A DNA stretch of 64,000 bases from Thermoplasmata archaeon (GCA_020054475.1 JAHWGJ010000001.1:122434-186433), one strand, 5' to 3'. Shown: positions 28,148 through 37,213, numbered from the stretch's first letter. Program-made: numbers and translations. The notes: generated from the sequence alone by a model not told the origin.

Positions 28148-28771
28148 TTAATATTTTAGTATGTAGTCTCCTCCAAATTCTCCATAAACATCTGGCGCAT
28201 AATCCCAAAGTGAATTTCCAAGATATCTATATATTAAATTATCGAGTATTGGTCTTGAAAAACCAATTCTTCCAAGAAAGCCAAGTCTTCTGAATGCATT
28301 TGACCAGGTATTAGTTAAAACATCATTTTTTTGAGGATTTCCTATGAATTCTTTTGGTATATCCCAAGTTATGATTCCATCTGCAATTGAATACGTTCCA
28401 TTAATGCGATAGTTTTTTGCTCCTCCATTAGGTGCTTTTCTACTGCTTTCACCCGTATTATATTGCCCCCAATCTTCTTTAATATCAAATCCTAGATGCA
28501 AGCTACAGGCATATTCTTCATCATTGTATTCCCAGAATACTGCAAATGTTTGTTGAAATTTTTTCAAGGAGGGTTCATTTATTTTCATCGATACAAACAG
28601 GAAATCTGGCTTTTCTATTTCTTCAAAAAACCATACTGAATTAATATCCAGATAGCCGAAAGAATCCCCTTTATCATCTGTTATTTCAGGGTCATTAATA
28701 TTTCCTGCTAATGCGCTTAAAGATGAAATAAATATAAATGAGATCAATACTGTTATTATTTTATTTTTCAT
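28148..28771 (-). CDS. Secreted protein, DPEITD...DYI(L/I)KY paralog family, member 1
   Basis: Signal peptide, then GNINDPEITDDKGD, ending GDYILKY. SD GGAGGA lies 8 nt before ATG 28771; the track's TTG 28792 is less likely. Confidence 0.5.
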   Translation of the reverse strand: MKNKIITVLISFIFISSLSALAGNINDPEITDDKGDSFGYLDINSVWFFEEIEKPDFLFVSMKINEPSLKKFQQTFAVFWEYNDEEYACSLHLGFDIKEDWGQYNTGESSRKAPNGGAKNYRINGTYSIADGIITWDIPKEFIGNPQKNDVLTNTWSNAFRRLGFLGRIGFSRPILDNLIYRYLGNSLWDYAPDVYGEFGGDYILKY

Positions 28772-28788
28772 TTCTTTTATCCTCCATC

Positions 28789-29409
28789 TCAATATTGGAT
28801 TATATAATCTCTACCATATCCATCATTTGGAGCAAAATCATTTGCGCTCTTACCAGTTATAATGAATATTAAAGAATGTATAAACCATCTATCAAAACCT
28901 AGCATTCCAATAAAACCAAATCGTTGAAAAGCAGATGCGCGAGTTTTTGTTAAAATATCTCCTTTATCAGGTTCATTGATTAAATTTTTTGGAATTTTAC
29001 ATGTTATAATTCCTGTTTCTTGATCAAATTCACCCTCTATCTGCTGATAATGTTCCTGAAACCAAAATCCATGGCCATAACCTGCTTCGTATGAAAGCCA
29101 ATAATCCTCATCGTAACCTATATATAATCCAGCTGAACAATGTACTCCTTCATGTTCCCATATAATAACAAGATGTTGTTTTGTTTTAGTTGTATCAATG
29201 TTTTTAAGCTTTAATGCAGTATAAAGATAATCTGGTTCTGCTTCTTTTTCATAAAACCATGCAGATATTATATTGAAATTTTCTTGAACATCATTTTCTT
29301 CTTCATCAGTTATCTCGGGGTCTTCTTCTGAACCTGCAAAAACATTTACAGATAGTATTGTAAAAATAAACAGCATACTAATTAAAATTGCAAATATTTT
29401 ATTTCGCAT
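28789..29409 (-). CDS. Secreted protein, DPEITD...DYIIQY paralog family, member 2
   Basis: Signal peptide, then GSEEDPEITDEEEND, ending RDYIIQY. Collinear similarity to 28148..28771 and 36395..37015. Confidence 0.5.
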   Translation of the reverse strand: MRNKIFAILISMLFIFTILSVNVFAGSEEDPEITDEEENDVQENFNIISAWFYEKEAEPDYLYTALKLKNIDTTKTKQHLVIIWEHEGVHCSAGLYIGYDEDYWLSYEAGYGHGFWFQEHYQQIEGEFDQETGIITCKIPKNLINEPDKGDILTKTRASAFQRFGFIGMLGFDRWFIHSLIFIITGKSANDFAPNDGYGRDYIIQY

Positions 29410-29497
29410 ATTTCATTCACTCCCTCTTATAATATATGTTTTATTATGAAATAAATCTTTCGATAGAGCTAAATAATAGAAAATAGTTATAATATAT

Positions 29498-29517
29498 ATA
29501 ACATTTGTTTCAATAAT
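29498..29517 (+). repeat. 20-nt intergenic motif ATAACATTTGTTTCAATAAT, copy 2
   Basis: Exact match to 10118..10137. Confidence 0.6.
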
Positions 29518-29585
29518 TATTCTAAAATTTAATAATAAAACTGTAATTCAAATATAAGAAAAAAAAGAAACGACATAATTTTAGA

Positions 29586-30047
29586 TTAATTTTTTATTTT
29601 AAAATAAAATAGCATTATCAGAATTGAAAGAATAAAAAATATTATAGTAAAACCTGGTGTGGAAAGATTATCCTTTTCGTCTCCTACGGTTAGCTCTCTT
29701 GTTAGCGTTCCAAATTGATTACATATTGCCTTTACTTGAATAACATCGTTGGTATTTGCAGTTATATTATATTTATAAGTAATAATTATTCTATTTGGTT
29801 GATTAGAATAAGTAAATGTATCATATTTTTTCCCATTTATTTTAATCTCAACCGACTCTATATAATGATCATTAGTGGTAACACTATGAGTTATATTTAC
29901 AATTAATTCATTATTTTCTTCAATATAATTAATATTCAATTTTGATGGTGGATGAGCGGATACATTTTGAGTTGAGAATAATGATATTATTATAAAGATA
30001 ATAATTATGTTTATTTTTAAATTCATATTTTTAATCATGTTTTTCAT
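29586..30047 (-). CDS. Secreted SOR-like (desulfoferrodoxin Fe-domain-like) protein with PGF-CTERM-type anchor
   Basis: Signal peptide. AHPP (H32), NITHSVTTNDHYIESVEI (H54, H61) and AICNQFG (C109) follow the order KHVP / PHPNTTEHHI.YIE / CNIHG of 1Fe-SOR as I recall it. C-terminus STPGFTIIFFILSILIMLFYFKIKN. Confidence 0.35.
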   Translation of the reverse strand: MKNMIKNMNLKINIIIIFIIISLFSTQNVSAHPPSKLNINYIEENNELIVNITHSVTTNDHYIESVEIKINGKKYDTFTYSNQPNRIIITYKYNITANTNDVIQVKAICNQFGTLTRELTVGDEKDNLSTPGFTIIFFILSILIMLFYFKIKN

Positions 30048-30093
30048 CTACTTTTAAATTTTTTTTAGATGAGTTTTATATATTGTAGTATTT

Positions 30094-30312
30094 TTAAAAA
30101 TATGCTAATAATGCAAGTATCCCATGTATTAGACCTAAAGTTAACGATATATAAGCAAGATAATAATGCCAATTAATGGATATTTTTATTTTCCCTTTTC
30201 TTTTGAGAAATGCAATTAATGCAGTTGTAAAAAATACAAATATAGTAATAATGCCCAAATAAACTATGAATGGTATATTAAAAATCGGAAAATATGTAAT
30301 ATTTTCTAACAT
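30094..30312 (-). CDS. Two-TM mini membrane protein with a di-His helix
   Basis: 72 aa. TM2 is WHYYLAYISLTLGLIHG, with H49 and H63 14 residues apart. Lies immediately upstream of the SOR-like gene on the same strand. Confidence 0.4.
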   Translation of the reverse strand: MLENITYFPIFNIPFIVYLGIITIFVFFTTALIAFLKRKGKIKISINWHYYLAYISLTLGLIHGILALLAYF

Positions 30313-30556
30313 TATATTTTTGAATATTGTGAATATTATTAATATTTTTTTCTAATTGGTTAGTATGATTAATTTATGTTGTATGATGCCTAGATATAAC
30401 CATTTTTAAATATTTGTTTATTTATTAATTCTAATTCAGGGAGCCCATCAACTTCAGAAAATATTTTATATCCTCTATTTCCCACTATTAATAAAAGAAA
30501 AAATGATTTTAAACTTATATTAATAAAACAAACAATAATCTATTAAATAATCAAAT

Positions 30557-30706
30557 TTAAAATCTTCTTGGCTTATGTTTTTGAAAACAATCCTTACAAT
30601 AGACAGGCCTACTACCGTCTGGTTTGAAAGGAACTTCAGTTTCTTTCTTACAATCTGCACAAGTTACCTTATGCATTTCTCTATCTTCTCTATTTCTATC
30701 ATACAT
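30557..30706 (-). CDS. CxxC-x17-CxxC zinc-ribbon mini-protein (49 aa), copy 2 of 3
   Basis: MYDRNREDREMHKVTCADCKKETEVPFKPDGSRPVYCKDCFQKHKPRRF. The track ORF starts 11 codons early, inside the conserved leader TATTAAAGGAATTAGTTAAAATG. Confidence 0.75.
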   Translation of the reverse strand: MYDRNREDREMHKVTCADCKKETEVPFKPDGSRPVYCKDCFQKHKPRRF

Positions 30707-30972
30707 TTTAACTAATTCCTTTAATAAAATAATACACAAAAACTAGTATATAATTATTTCTCTAAAATCAAAAAATATATGAAATCAGAAACTATCTAAA
30801 AACTACCTAAATAACTATCATAATAACGCGTTAATTCCCCCTCTTCTTTTGTTAATTTTCGTTTTTCAAGCATATTTTCAATCATATTATAATATATGTA
30901 TGTTTCTATTATAACTACTTGTTTACATAATTGTTAGATAATTAACGTTATTTTATTATGATGATAAAAAAC

Positions 30973-30986
30973 GAAACAAATGTTAA
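30973..30986 (-). repeat. Partial inverted copy of the 20-nt motif (TTAACATTTGTTTC on the minus strand)
   Basis: 13-14 nt identical to the core of 10118..10137 and 29498..29517. Confidence 0.4.
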
Positions 30987-31018
30987 AATAAATAAAAAAT
31001 AAATAATTATATTAACAT

Positions 31019-31111
31019 TTAGTTAATAAAATGATATTTCATATTTACTGCAAAATTTGTAAGAGATCCATCTAAGCTTATTGAGTTATGTAAAATTATA
31101 TTTAGATTCAT
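31019..31111 (-). pseudogene. N-terminal fragment of a RibD_C/DHFR-like reductase
   Basis: MNLNIILHNSISLDGSLTNFAVNMKYHFIN-stop resembles the first beta-strand/loop (..V.L....SLDG.......) of RibD C-terminal-domain reductases. Nothing recognisable follows. Confidence 0.3.
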
Positions 31112-31411
31112 AATAAATTACCTTTAATTATATTAACTTATTTATTCTTAATTCATTTTTTTGTTAAAATATTTATTGTTAAAATGTCAAATATCTATTT
31201 TTGCAAATAAATATTAAATACATCTTTTATCAAATGTTAACATAGTTGACATTAATTTTAAAAAAAATGGAGAGATGGAATGATAGAGTTAGAAGATTTT
31301 GATTTTATATCATGGAAAAAAAATCTAAACAATAGTTTATTTGATTTCTGGTATGATTTCAATAACAATTAAAACTTGAAAAACTAGTTTTCTAAAAAAT
31401 TGGTGATTATA

Positions 31412-32038
31412 ATGGCACTAGAGCAATTATCAGATGTTTTTTCAAATTTTTCTGCAGAAAGTATAATAAATTTTGATTACTCATTTATAAATCCTCTATT
31501 TTATCTAATAATATTAATCGCAATATATTCAATTTCAGTCTGGCATTTTTATAGATTTATTGCAAAAAGAGATTGTTTTAATATAAAAACGATACACCAT
31601 CAACGCATTTTTAGTTTATTAAAATATTTTCTTCTTTTTCCGTTTATTGCTTTTTTATTTTTCGTAGGTTTTGCATTAATGATACTATTTATTACTAGAG
31701 GATATGACTTTGTGTCGATACTTTCAACCTCTTTTGCAGTTGTAATTGCAATAAGATTAACTGCATATTATAATGAAGATTTATCGAAAGATGTGGCTAA
31801 AATGTTACCTTTTGCATTACTTGGATTATTTATTGCAGATCCATCCTATTTTAGCTATTCCGAAATAGCAGTAAAAATTAATTCATTGCCAGAATTCTTA
31901 ACTCTATGTTTTCAGTTTATAATACTAATTGTAATTGCTGAATGGATTCTTAGAATTATATTGTTAATTAGGAAAAAAATATTTATTTTCATGCATCAAG
32001 AATATTTTCAAGAAAATACTATCTCAAATAGAAGCTAA
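31412..32038 (+). CDS. Membrane protein (about 5 TM), unknown function
   Basis: SD GGTGAT lies 4 nt before ATG 31412; the track starts at TTG 31400. Confidence 0.45.
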   Translation: MALEQLSDVFSNFSAESIINFDYSFINPLFYLIILIAIYSISVWHFYRFIAKRDCFNIKTIHHQRIFSLLKYFLLFPFIAFLFFVGFALMILFITRGYDFVSILSTSFAVVIAIRLTAYYNEDLSKDVAKMLPFALLGLFIADPSYFSYSEIAVKINSLPEFLTLCFQFIILIVIAEWILRIILLIRKKIFIFMHQEYFQENTISNRS

Positions 32039-32045
32039 GATAATT

Positions 32046-32792
32046 TTATTTTTTTTTTAACTCAACGCTTAAACTCTCAAGAGGTATACTAAGATATTGT
32101 TTTTTACTAATATCTTTATCTTCCTTTATTGATTTTATATAAAATCCTGATTTTTTTATTATTTTTAGATAATCTTCCTTAAGCAATGCTCCGCCAACGC
32201 AACATGTAATTAATTCCTCATCGTTTCTTTGCTCCTTAGTTAAATTTTCTAATAATACAATATCAGATACAAACATTCTACCATTTTCTTTTAAAACTCT
32301 ATATGATTCTTTGAAAACTTTTAATTTATCCGGGGTTAAATTGATTACACAATTACTAATAATTACATCAATTGAATCATTATCAACCGGTAGATTATCT
32401 ATATCTCCGTGTCTAAATTCTATATTTTTGAATCCATATTTTTTTGCATTATTTTTTGCTTTTTTTATCATGTTTTTGGTCATATCTACGCCAATTACTT
32501 TTCCTGAATTACCTACTTTTTTTGCTGCAATAAAACAATCAAATCCGGCTCCTGAACCTAAATCTAATACAACATCACCATTTTTTATTTCACCAAATGC
32601 TATTGGATTACCGCATCCTAAACCAAGATTAGAATCAGAAAAACTATTTATTTCATCTTCAGAATATCCAATTGATTTTGCTATATTTTCATTATTTGAT
32701 GAACAACATGAGCTGGCATTACTTCCGCTTGATTTTTCTGCGATTTCGCCATATTTTTTTTTCACTATTTTTTTAATTTTTTCATCTTTCAT
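32046..32792 (-). CDS. arsM: Arsenite S-adenosylmethionine methyltransferase-like
   Basis: [12 protein letters not shown]...SSCCSS...[69 protein letters not shown]...[27 protein letters not shown]...SD matches the ArsM pattern, including the N-terminal Cys pair. ORF 32311..32835 (+) is a shadow. Confidence 0.75.
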   Translation of the reverse strand: MKDEKIKKIVKKKYGEIAEKSSGSNASSCCSSNNENIAKSIGYSEDEINSFSDSNLGLGCGNPIAFGEIKNGDVVLDLGSGAGFDCFIAAKKVGNSGKVIGVDMTKNMIKKAKNNAKKYGFKNIEFRHGDIDNLPVDNDSIDVIISNCVINLTPDKLKVFKESYRVLKENGRMFVSDIVLLENLTKEQRNDEELITCCVGGALLKEDYLKIIKKSGFYIKSIKEDKDISKKQYLSIPLESLSVELKKK

Positions 32793-32839
32793 TGATAAGA
32801 GATTATATTTTTATTTATTTAAATGTGATGATTGAAATT

Positions 32840-33649
32840 TTAAAAAAATTTTAAATATTCTGTGATTTCAATTGTATCGATTTTTTTCTTTATCGAGTTT
32901 ATTTCAATTTCACCTTTATATCTAACATGATATCGCCAGTAATGTGCTATGAATACTCCTATATAATGATACTTAATTGGTTCAATGTTTAATTTTAGTT
33001 TAATATGATCATCATTTATATCTAAGGAGAATTTTGTAGGTATTTTTTTTCTATGATCTTTGTCTTCTTGCAGTATTTTATAACTAATTGATTTTTGAGG
33101 AATATTGAAGTATTCTTGATTTTTACTTAAAATTGCTAGTAATTGTTCTTTATTATGATTTTTTATAACTCTTGCCCATGTTAAATGATTTGAATCAAGG
33201 TCTAATTTTCCAAAATAATATCCTCTAGTTTTAAATGGTGCATAGATTGGATATATGTTATGATCATGATATCCTAATCCATTTGCGTTAATTCTGATAT
33301 CGTCGATATATATTGATCCTTTTACTTCCATTTTGGGGATTGCTAACCAGTTTCCCAGATATGTTTTTCCTTTGAATCCTTTACTTTTTTTTATAAAATC
33401 TAGATCTATTTTTAGATTTTTTTCATCTCTAAAAAGTTTTGTAGTCCATTTTTTATTATCGGTTATATATCCTTTTAATATTTCTTTGCCTCTTATTTTA
33501 ATTAATGGATTATTTTCATTACCTTTAAAATTTGATAATGGATATCTGTTTCTTATTATTTTTATTGGTTCATAATCTTTATATAAAAAAAATCCTGTTA
33601 ATACGATTCCAAATCGACCAATATGGAGTACATTTATTAGTGACACCAT
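32840..33649 (-). CDS. CrtC/AttH-like lipocalin-fold protein; the reading frame is open a further 41 codons upstream (to 33772)
   Basis: GLGYHDHNIYP and, in the upstream extension, GRIETWYYDALF resemble the CrtC-family EWWYFD / GYHDHNWG motifs. The extension has no ATG/GTG/TTG but begins with ATA, preceded by GGGTGA. Confidence 0.45.
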   Translation of the reverse strand: MVSLINVLHIGRFGIVLTGFFLYKDYEPIKIIRNRYPLSNFKGNENNPLIKIRGKEILKGYITDNKKWTTKLFRDEKNLKIDLDFIKKSKGFKGKTYLGNWLAIPKMEVKGSIYIDDIRINANGLGYHDHNIYPIYAPFKTRGYYFGKLDLDSNHLTWARVIKNHNKEQLLAILSKNQEYFNIPQKSISYKILQEDKDHRKKIPTKFSLDINDDHIKLKLNIEPIKYHYIGVFIAHYWRYHVRYKGEIEINSIKKKIDTIEITEYLKFF

Positions 33650-33854
33650 GCTGTATCCATTTTTAAAGAGGGCATCATAGTACCATGTTTCTATTCTTCC
33701 AAAACCTTGTTTTAAGTGACTTGCATCGTCCTTTAATGTTATATTTTTTGGTTTAAAATGATCTGATTTTATTTATTTCACCCAATGATTTTTTTTTATC
33801 AATATTATGTAATTATTAATAAAATTAAGTTGATTGGAAGAATTCGTTGAATAA

Positions 33855-34679
33855 TTAAAAACCTATCATAAGGTCTGCACCATATATCCCTATAGTAGCA
33901 TCAAAATATACTTTGTTTCCATCTTTTGAAAATGCTTCTAGGCTGATATTTACTCCTAATAGGAATACCCCTCCAATTGATTTATCATTAAAGATTTTTT
34001 GAGAAAATGTTTCAAAACCCGTTATTGGAATGTAACTATGTAGAACATGATAGCCTGAAGGGCCAGGTGTCCACATACATGCAGCAGCGTATGAAAAAGT
34101 GGATGTTAAATTATATTTTTTTAGTATTTCTTTATTTATAACATCAATAAATCCATATGGTCTAATTGGAATTATTCGTCTAACAAGATAGTTTCCAATT
34201 CCTAATGATGCTATTATTGTTCTTCGACCCAGATGAATTGGTTTATTATTGTTTAAAATTATATTATTATTTGGTTTTTCAGATATTAGATCATTTATTT
34301 TAAATAAGGAATTATTTTGATACATTAAGTTGGAGATCTCTATTAGTTGATTTAGATTACAGTCTTTTGGTAAAATATTTTCTTCTTGAAATATCTTAAT
34401 AAATTCATTAAAATAGGTATAATCATCTATTTGATTTTTATTTAATTTTTGTTTGAGATTTGTTAATTTTTCAATTATTCTCTGGGTTTGTGCATAGGAT
34501 ATTTCAATATAGGTTGCATTAAAACCATTTATATTTTCGCCAATTTTTATCGTTACAATTTGTTCTTCTAATTTATTTTCTTGAATATTATTTTCGGATA
34601 ATACGGAAATATTTAGAATTAAAAATGATATAATAATTAATGAAATAATGATTTTATTTAGTATTTTTCTATTTTTCAT
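33855..34679 (-). CDS. Secreted hypothetical protein (274 aa)
   Basis: Signal peptide. SD GGGGAG lies 5 nt before the ATG. Confidence 0.4.
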   Translation of the reverse strand: MKNRKILNKIIISLIIISFLILNISVLSENNIQENKLEEQIVTIKIGENINGFNATYIEISYAQTQRIIEKLTNLKQKLNKNQIDDYTYFNEFIKIFQEENILPKDCNLNQLIEISNLMYQNNSLFKINDLISEKPNNNIILNNNKPIHLGRRTIIASLGIGNYLVRRIIPIRPYGFIDVINKEILKKYNLTSTFSYAAACMWTPGPSGYHVLHSYIPITGFETFSQKIFNDKSIGGVFLLGVNISLEAFSKDGNKVYFDATIGIYGADLMIGF

Positions 34680-34760
34680 TAATACTCCCCAATATAATTA
34701 ATTCTGTTATTAATATAAAAAATATTCCTTATGATTATTTTAATAAATTATATTGTAATT

Positions 34761-34916
34761 ATGAAAAAAATTGGCAGAAGTGCCAGCTGGAGAGGAAAAA
34801 GGGTTTGGGAGGAGCGGGATGCACCCTTTGTTGGCAATTCCCCCGTATTATTCGTCGAGTTAGCCATAAATAGTAATTTTACTATATAAAAAGAAAAATG
34901 GGGTCATTAAAAGTAT
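34761..34916 (+). ncRNA. GC-rich intergenic element B (candidate structured RNA, homologous to element A)
   Basis: The core 34772..34866 contains tgccagctggagaggaaaaagggtttgggaggagcgggatgcaccctttgttggcaattccccc. Lies in a divergent intergenic region. Possible helix UGCCAG/UUGGCA, compensatory with respect to A. Strand not established. Confidence 0.3.
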
Positions 34917-35033
34917 TCAAATAAATTAAATATATATAAATATACAATCTTATAAATATTTAATTATATATATCATAAATATTGAACTAATAATAACAAA
35001 TATAAAATTTAAAACTATGAACCCTATTAAAAA

Positions 35034-36398
35034 ATGGTTCAAATAATAGATATTCTTAGTAGTTATAAAAATCAAAAATTAATTTTACAAAATTTAAAAA
35101 AATCACAAGAATGGAATCAAAAAAAATTAGAAGAATTCCAATATAACCTCTTATTGAATCTATTATATCATTCATATAATAACGTTCCATATTATAATGA
35201 AATCTTCGATAAACTTAATTTAAAACCAAGTGATATTAAATCAATAAAAGATTTTCGAAAGCTACCTTTTTTAACAAGGGAAATTGTAATGAAAAATCAA
35301 GGAGAAATAAAAGCTAAAAATTTTCCCAAGCAAAAATTTGAATTAAAAACAACTGGTGGAACAACAGGTGAACCATTAAGTTTTTACATTGAAAAAGGTA
35401 AATGGATTGCAAACCACATGGCATACAATAGAATTTTTATGGAACGAGCAGGTTATAATAGAAGAAATAAGACAATTTCAATTTTAGGTATGAAAAAAGA
35501 ATCAAAATATCATCCTATTTTTAGAACCTTAGAATTATCATCTTTTTATATTACTGACAAACCTGATGATTATATAAAAAAAATTAGAGGATTCAAACCC
35601 AAATATATTATATCATATCCATCCGCTATAGCTTTTTTATCAAAATATATTCTTGAAGAAGATATAGATAAAATAAAGAATATAAAAGGTATATTTTGCC
35701 ACGGGGAATCTCTATATTCATGGGAAATAGAATATATAAAAAATGCTTTTAATTGTGGAATTTTTGATATATATGGACATGGAGAAAAAAGTGTTATTGC
35801 TGCAACTTGTGAAAAAAGTTATAATTACCATATTTTTCCCGAATATTGCATTGTTGAATTAATTGATAATAAAGGAAATATTGTTTCAGAAGAAGGGAAA
35901 ATTGGAGAATTAGTTGTCACAGGTTTACATTCACATATTTTCCCATTTATTAGATATAAAACAGGGGATTTAGGAGTTTATTCTAAAGATTATTGTGAAT
36001 GTGGAAGAGAATATCCTATTGTTAAATCTATTATCGGAAGGATAAATGAATTTCTTGTAACAAAAAATGGAAAATTAATTCATTTAATCAAAATTAATCA
36101 ATTTATCGCTGAAAATTCATTACATATAAAAAAATGGCAATTAACTCAAGAAAAAGAAGGAATTCTATTATTATTAATTATAACTAATGAAAAATTTTCA
36201 GAGGATGATTTAATAAAAATAAAAGATAATTTTGATAAAACATATTCTAAGGATTTTGATTTAAAAATAATAAAGGTAAATAAAATCATTCAAACTGGAT
36301 CTAGTAAACATCATTTCTTAATTCAAAAATTACCTGTTGAAAGAATATATGATAAAAAAATAATTAGAAAAAATAATGAATGTTATTCATTATTTTAA
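35034..36398 (+). CDS. Phenylacetate-CoA ligase / CapK / F390-synthetase family adenylate-forming enzyme
   Basis: TTGGTTGEPLSFY (AMP-binding P-loop), YGHGE, IRYKTGDLG. Confidence 0.7.
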   Translation: MVQIIDILSSYKNQKLILQNLKKSQEWNQKKLEEFQYNLLLNLLYHSYNNVPYYNEIFDKLNLKPSDIKSIKDFRKLPFLTREIVMKNQGEIKAKNFPKQKFELKTTGGTTGEPLSFYIEKGKWIANHMAYNRIFMERAGYNRRNKTISILGMKKESKYHPIFRTLELSSFYITDKPDDYIKKIRGFKPKYIISYPSAIAFLSKYILEEDIDKIKNIKGIFCHGESLYSWEIEYIKNAFNCGIFDIYGHGEKSVIAATCEKSYNYHIFPEYCIVELIDNKGNIVSEEGKIGELVVTGLHSHIFPFIRYKTGDLGVYSKDYCECGREYPIVKSIIGRINEFLVTKNGKLIHLIKINQFIAENSLHIKKWQLTQEKEGILLLLIITNEKFSEDDLIKIKDNFDKTYSKDFDLKIIKVNKIIQTGSSKHHFLIQKLPVERIYDKKIIRKNNECYSLF

Positions 36399-37015
36399 TA
36401 TTTGATTATATAATCTCTTGTAGATATTGCATTCCAAGGTAGATCTTTGAATAAATCCAACATTGGAATCCCCGATGATTCAGGATATCTTAAATGAGTA
36501 TGGGGTACAATATTTGTAATTTTTAGACCTGTTGAGGGATTGCCAATAGCATCTTTTGGAATTATCCATGTAATAATATCTTTTACATCATCTACATTTC
36601 CATCACACTCTACAAAATTAACATAATCATTTCTTTCTACATCTATTTGCCCAGATAATAAAGAAGTTGGACCTTCAGGAAAAATATGTACACTAGATGA
36701 ATATTGATTATTATCATACATCCAACTTATAACATATATCGCATCATATTTTTCTGTATTTTCTTCAAGATCTCTAATTTTTAGATTCATATAAAGAAAA
36801 TCTGCATTATCTTGCTCTTCATATATCCAAGCAGAAACAATATCTACATATATGAAATTGAATTGCGGAAAAAACGGGAAGACCCCTAAAAATCTTACAT
36901 CTCTTATTCTATCTTCAATTTCAGGGTCTTCTTCAGATCCTGAAGTAGCAGTTATTGAAAAAGTCAATGTAAATAGTAGCATACTAACAAAAATTGTTAC
37001 TAACTTTTTTTTCAT
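36395..37015 (-). CDS. Secreted protein, DPEI(T/E)D...DYIIKY paralog family, member 3
   Basis: Signal peptide, then GSEEDPEIEDRIRD, ending RDYIIKY. SD GGGAGGT lies 9 nt before ATG 37015; the track starts at TTG 37033. Confidence 0.5.
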   Translation of the reverse strand: MKKKLVTIFVSMLLFTLTFSITATSGSEEDPEIEDRIRDVRFLGVFPFFPQFNFIYVDIVSAWIYEEQDNADFLYMNLKIRDLEENTEKYDAIYVISWMYDNNQYSSSVHIFPEGPTSLLSGQIDVERNDYVNFVECDGNVDDVKDIITWIIPKDAIGNPSTGLKITNIVPHTHLRYPESSGIPMLDLFKDLPWNAISTRDYIIKY

Positions 37016-37213
37016 ATTTTTTTTACCTCCCAAATTCTAATATATAAAATAGTACTCTTATCCTTAATATATTTTTCCTTAGATATAAGCAACCTATGTT
37101 ACATTAATAAAATGTAATTAAAAAATTTATTAATTTGAACAATTTTTCGTAGGAAAAATTAATTAATCAAAATTTATATAATGATTATATAATAAAAAAT
37201 GGGAGAGTTTGTT

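Noticed and set aside
30330-30470. C/D-box sRNA-like words (ATGATGC on the plus strand; CTGA...TGATGG...CTGA on the minus strand).
   Set aside because: No properly ordered C-D'-C'-D set with terminal pairing could be assembled on either strand.
34761-34889. A 42-codon ORF starting at the ATG of element B (MKKIGRSASWRGKRVWEERDAPFVGNSPVLFVELAINSNFTI), and a 13-codon one in element C (MKKLGDERGFWWW).
   Set aside because: The frames are not conserved between A, B and C, and A has no ATG. The shared ATGAAAAAATT is better explained as a sequence block of the element than as a start codon.
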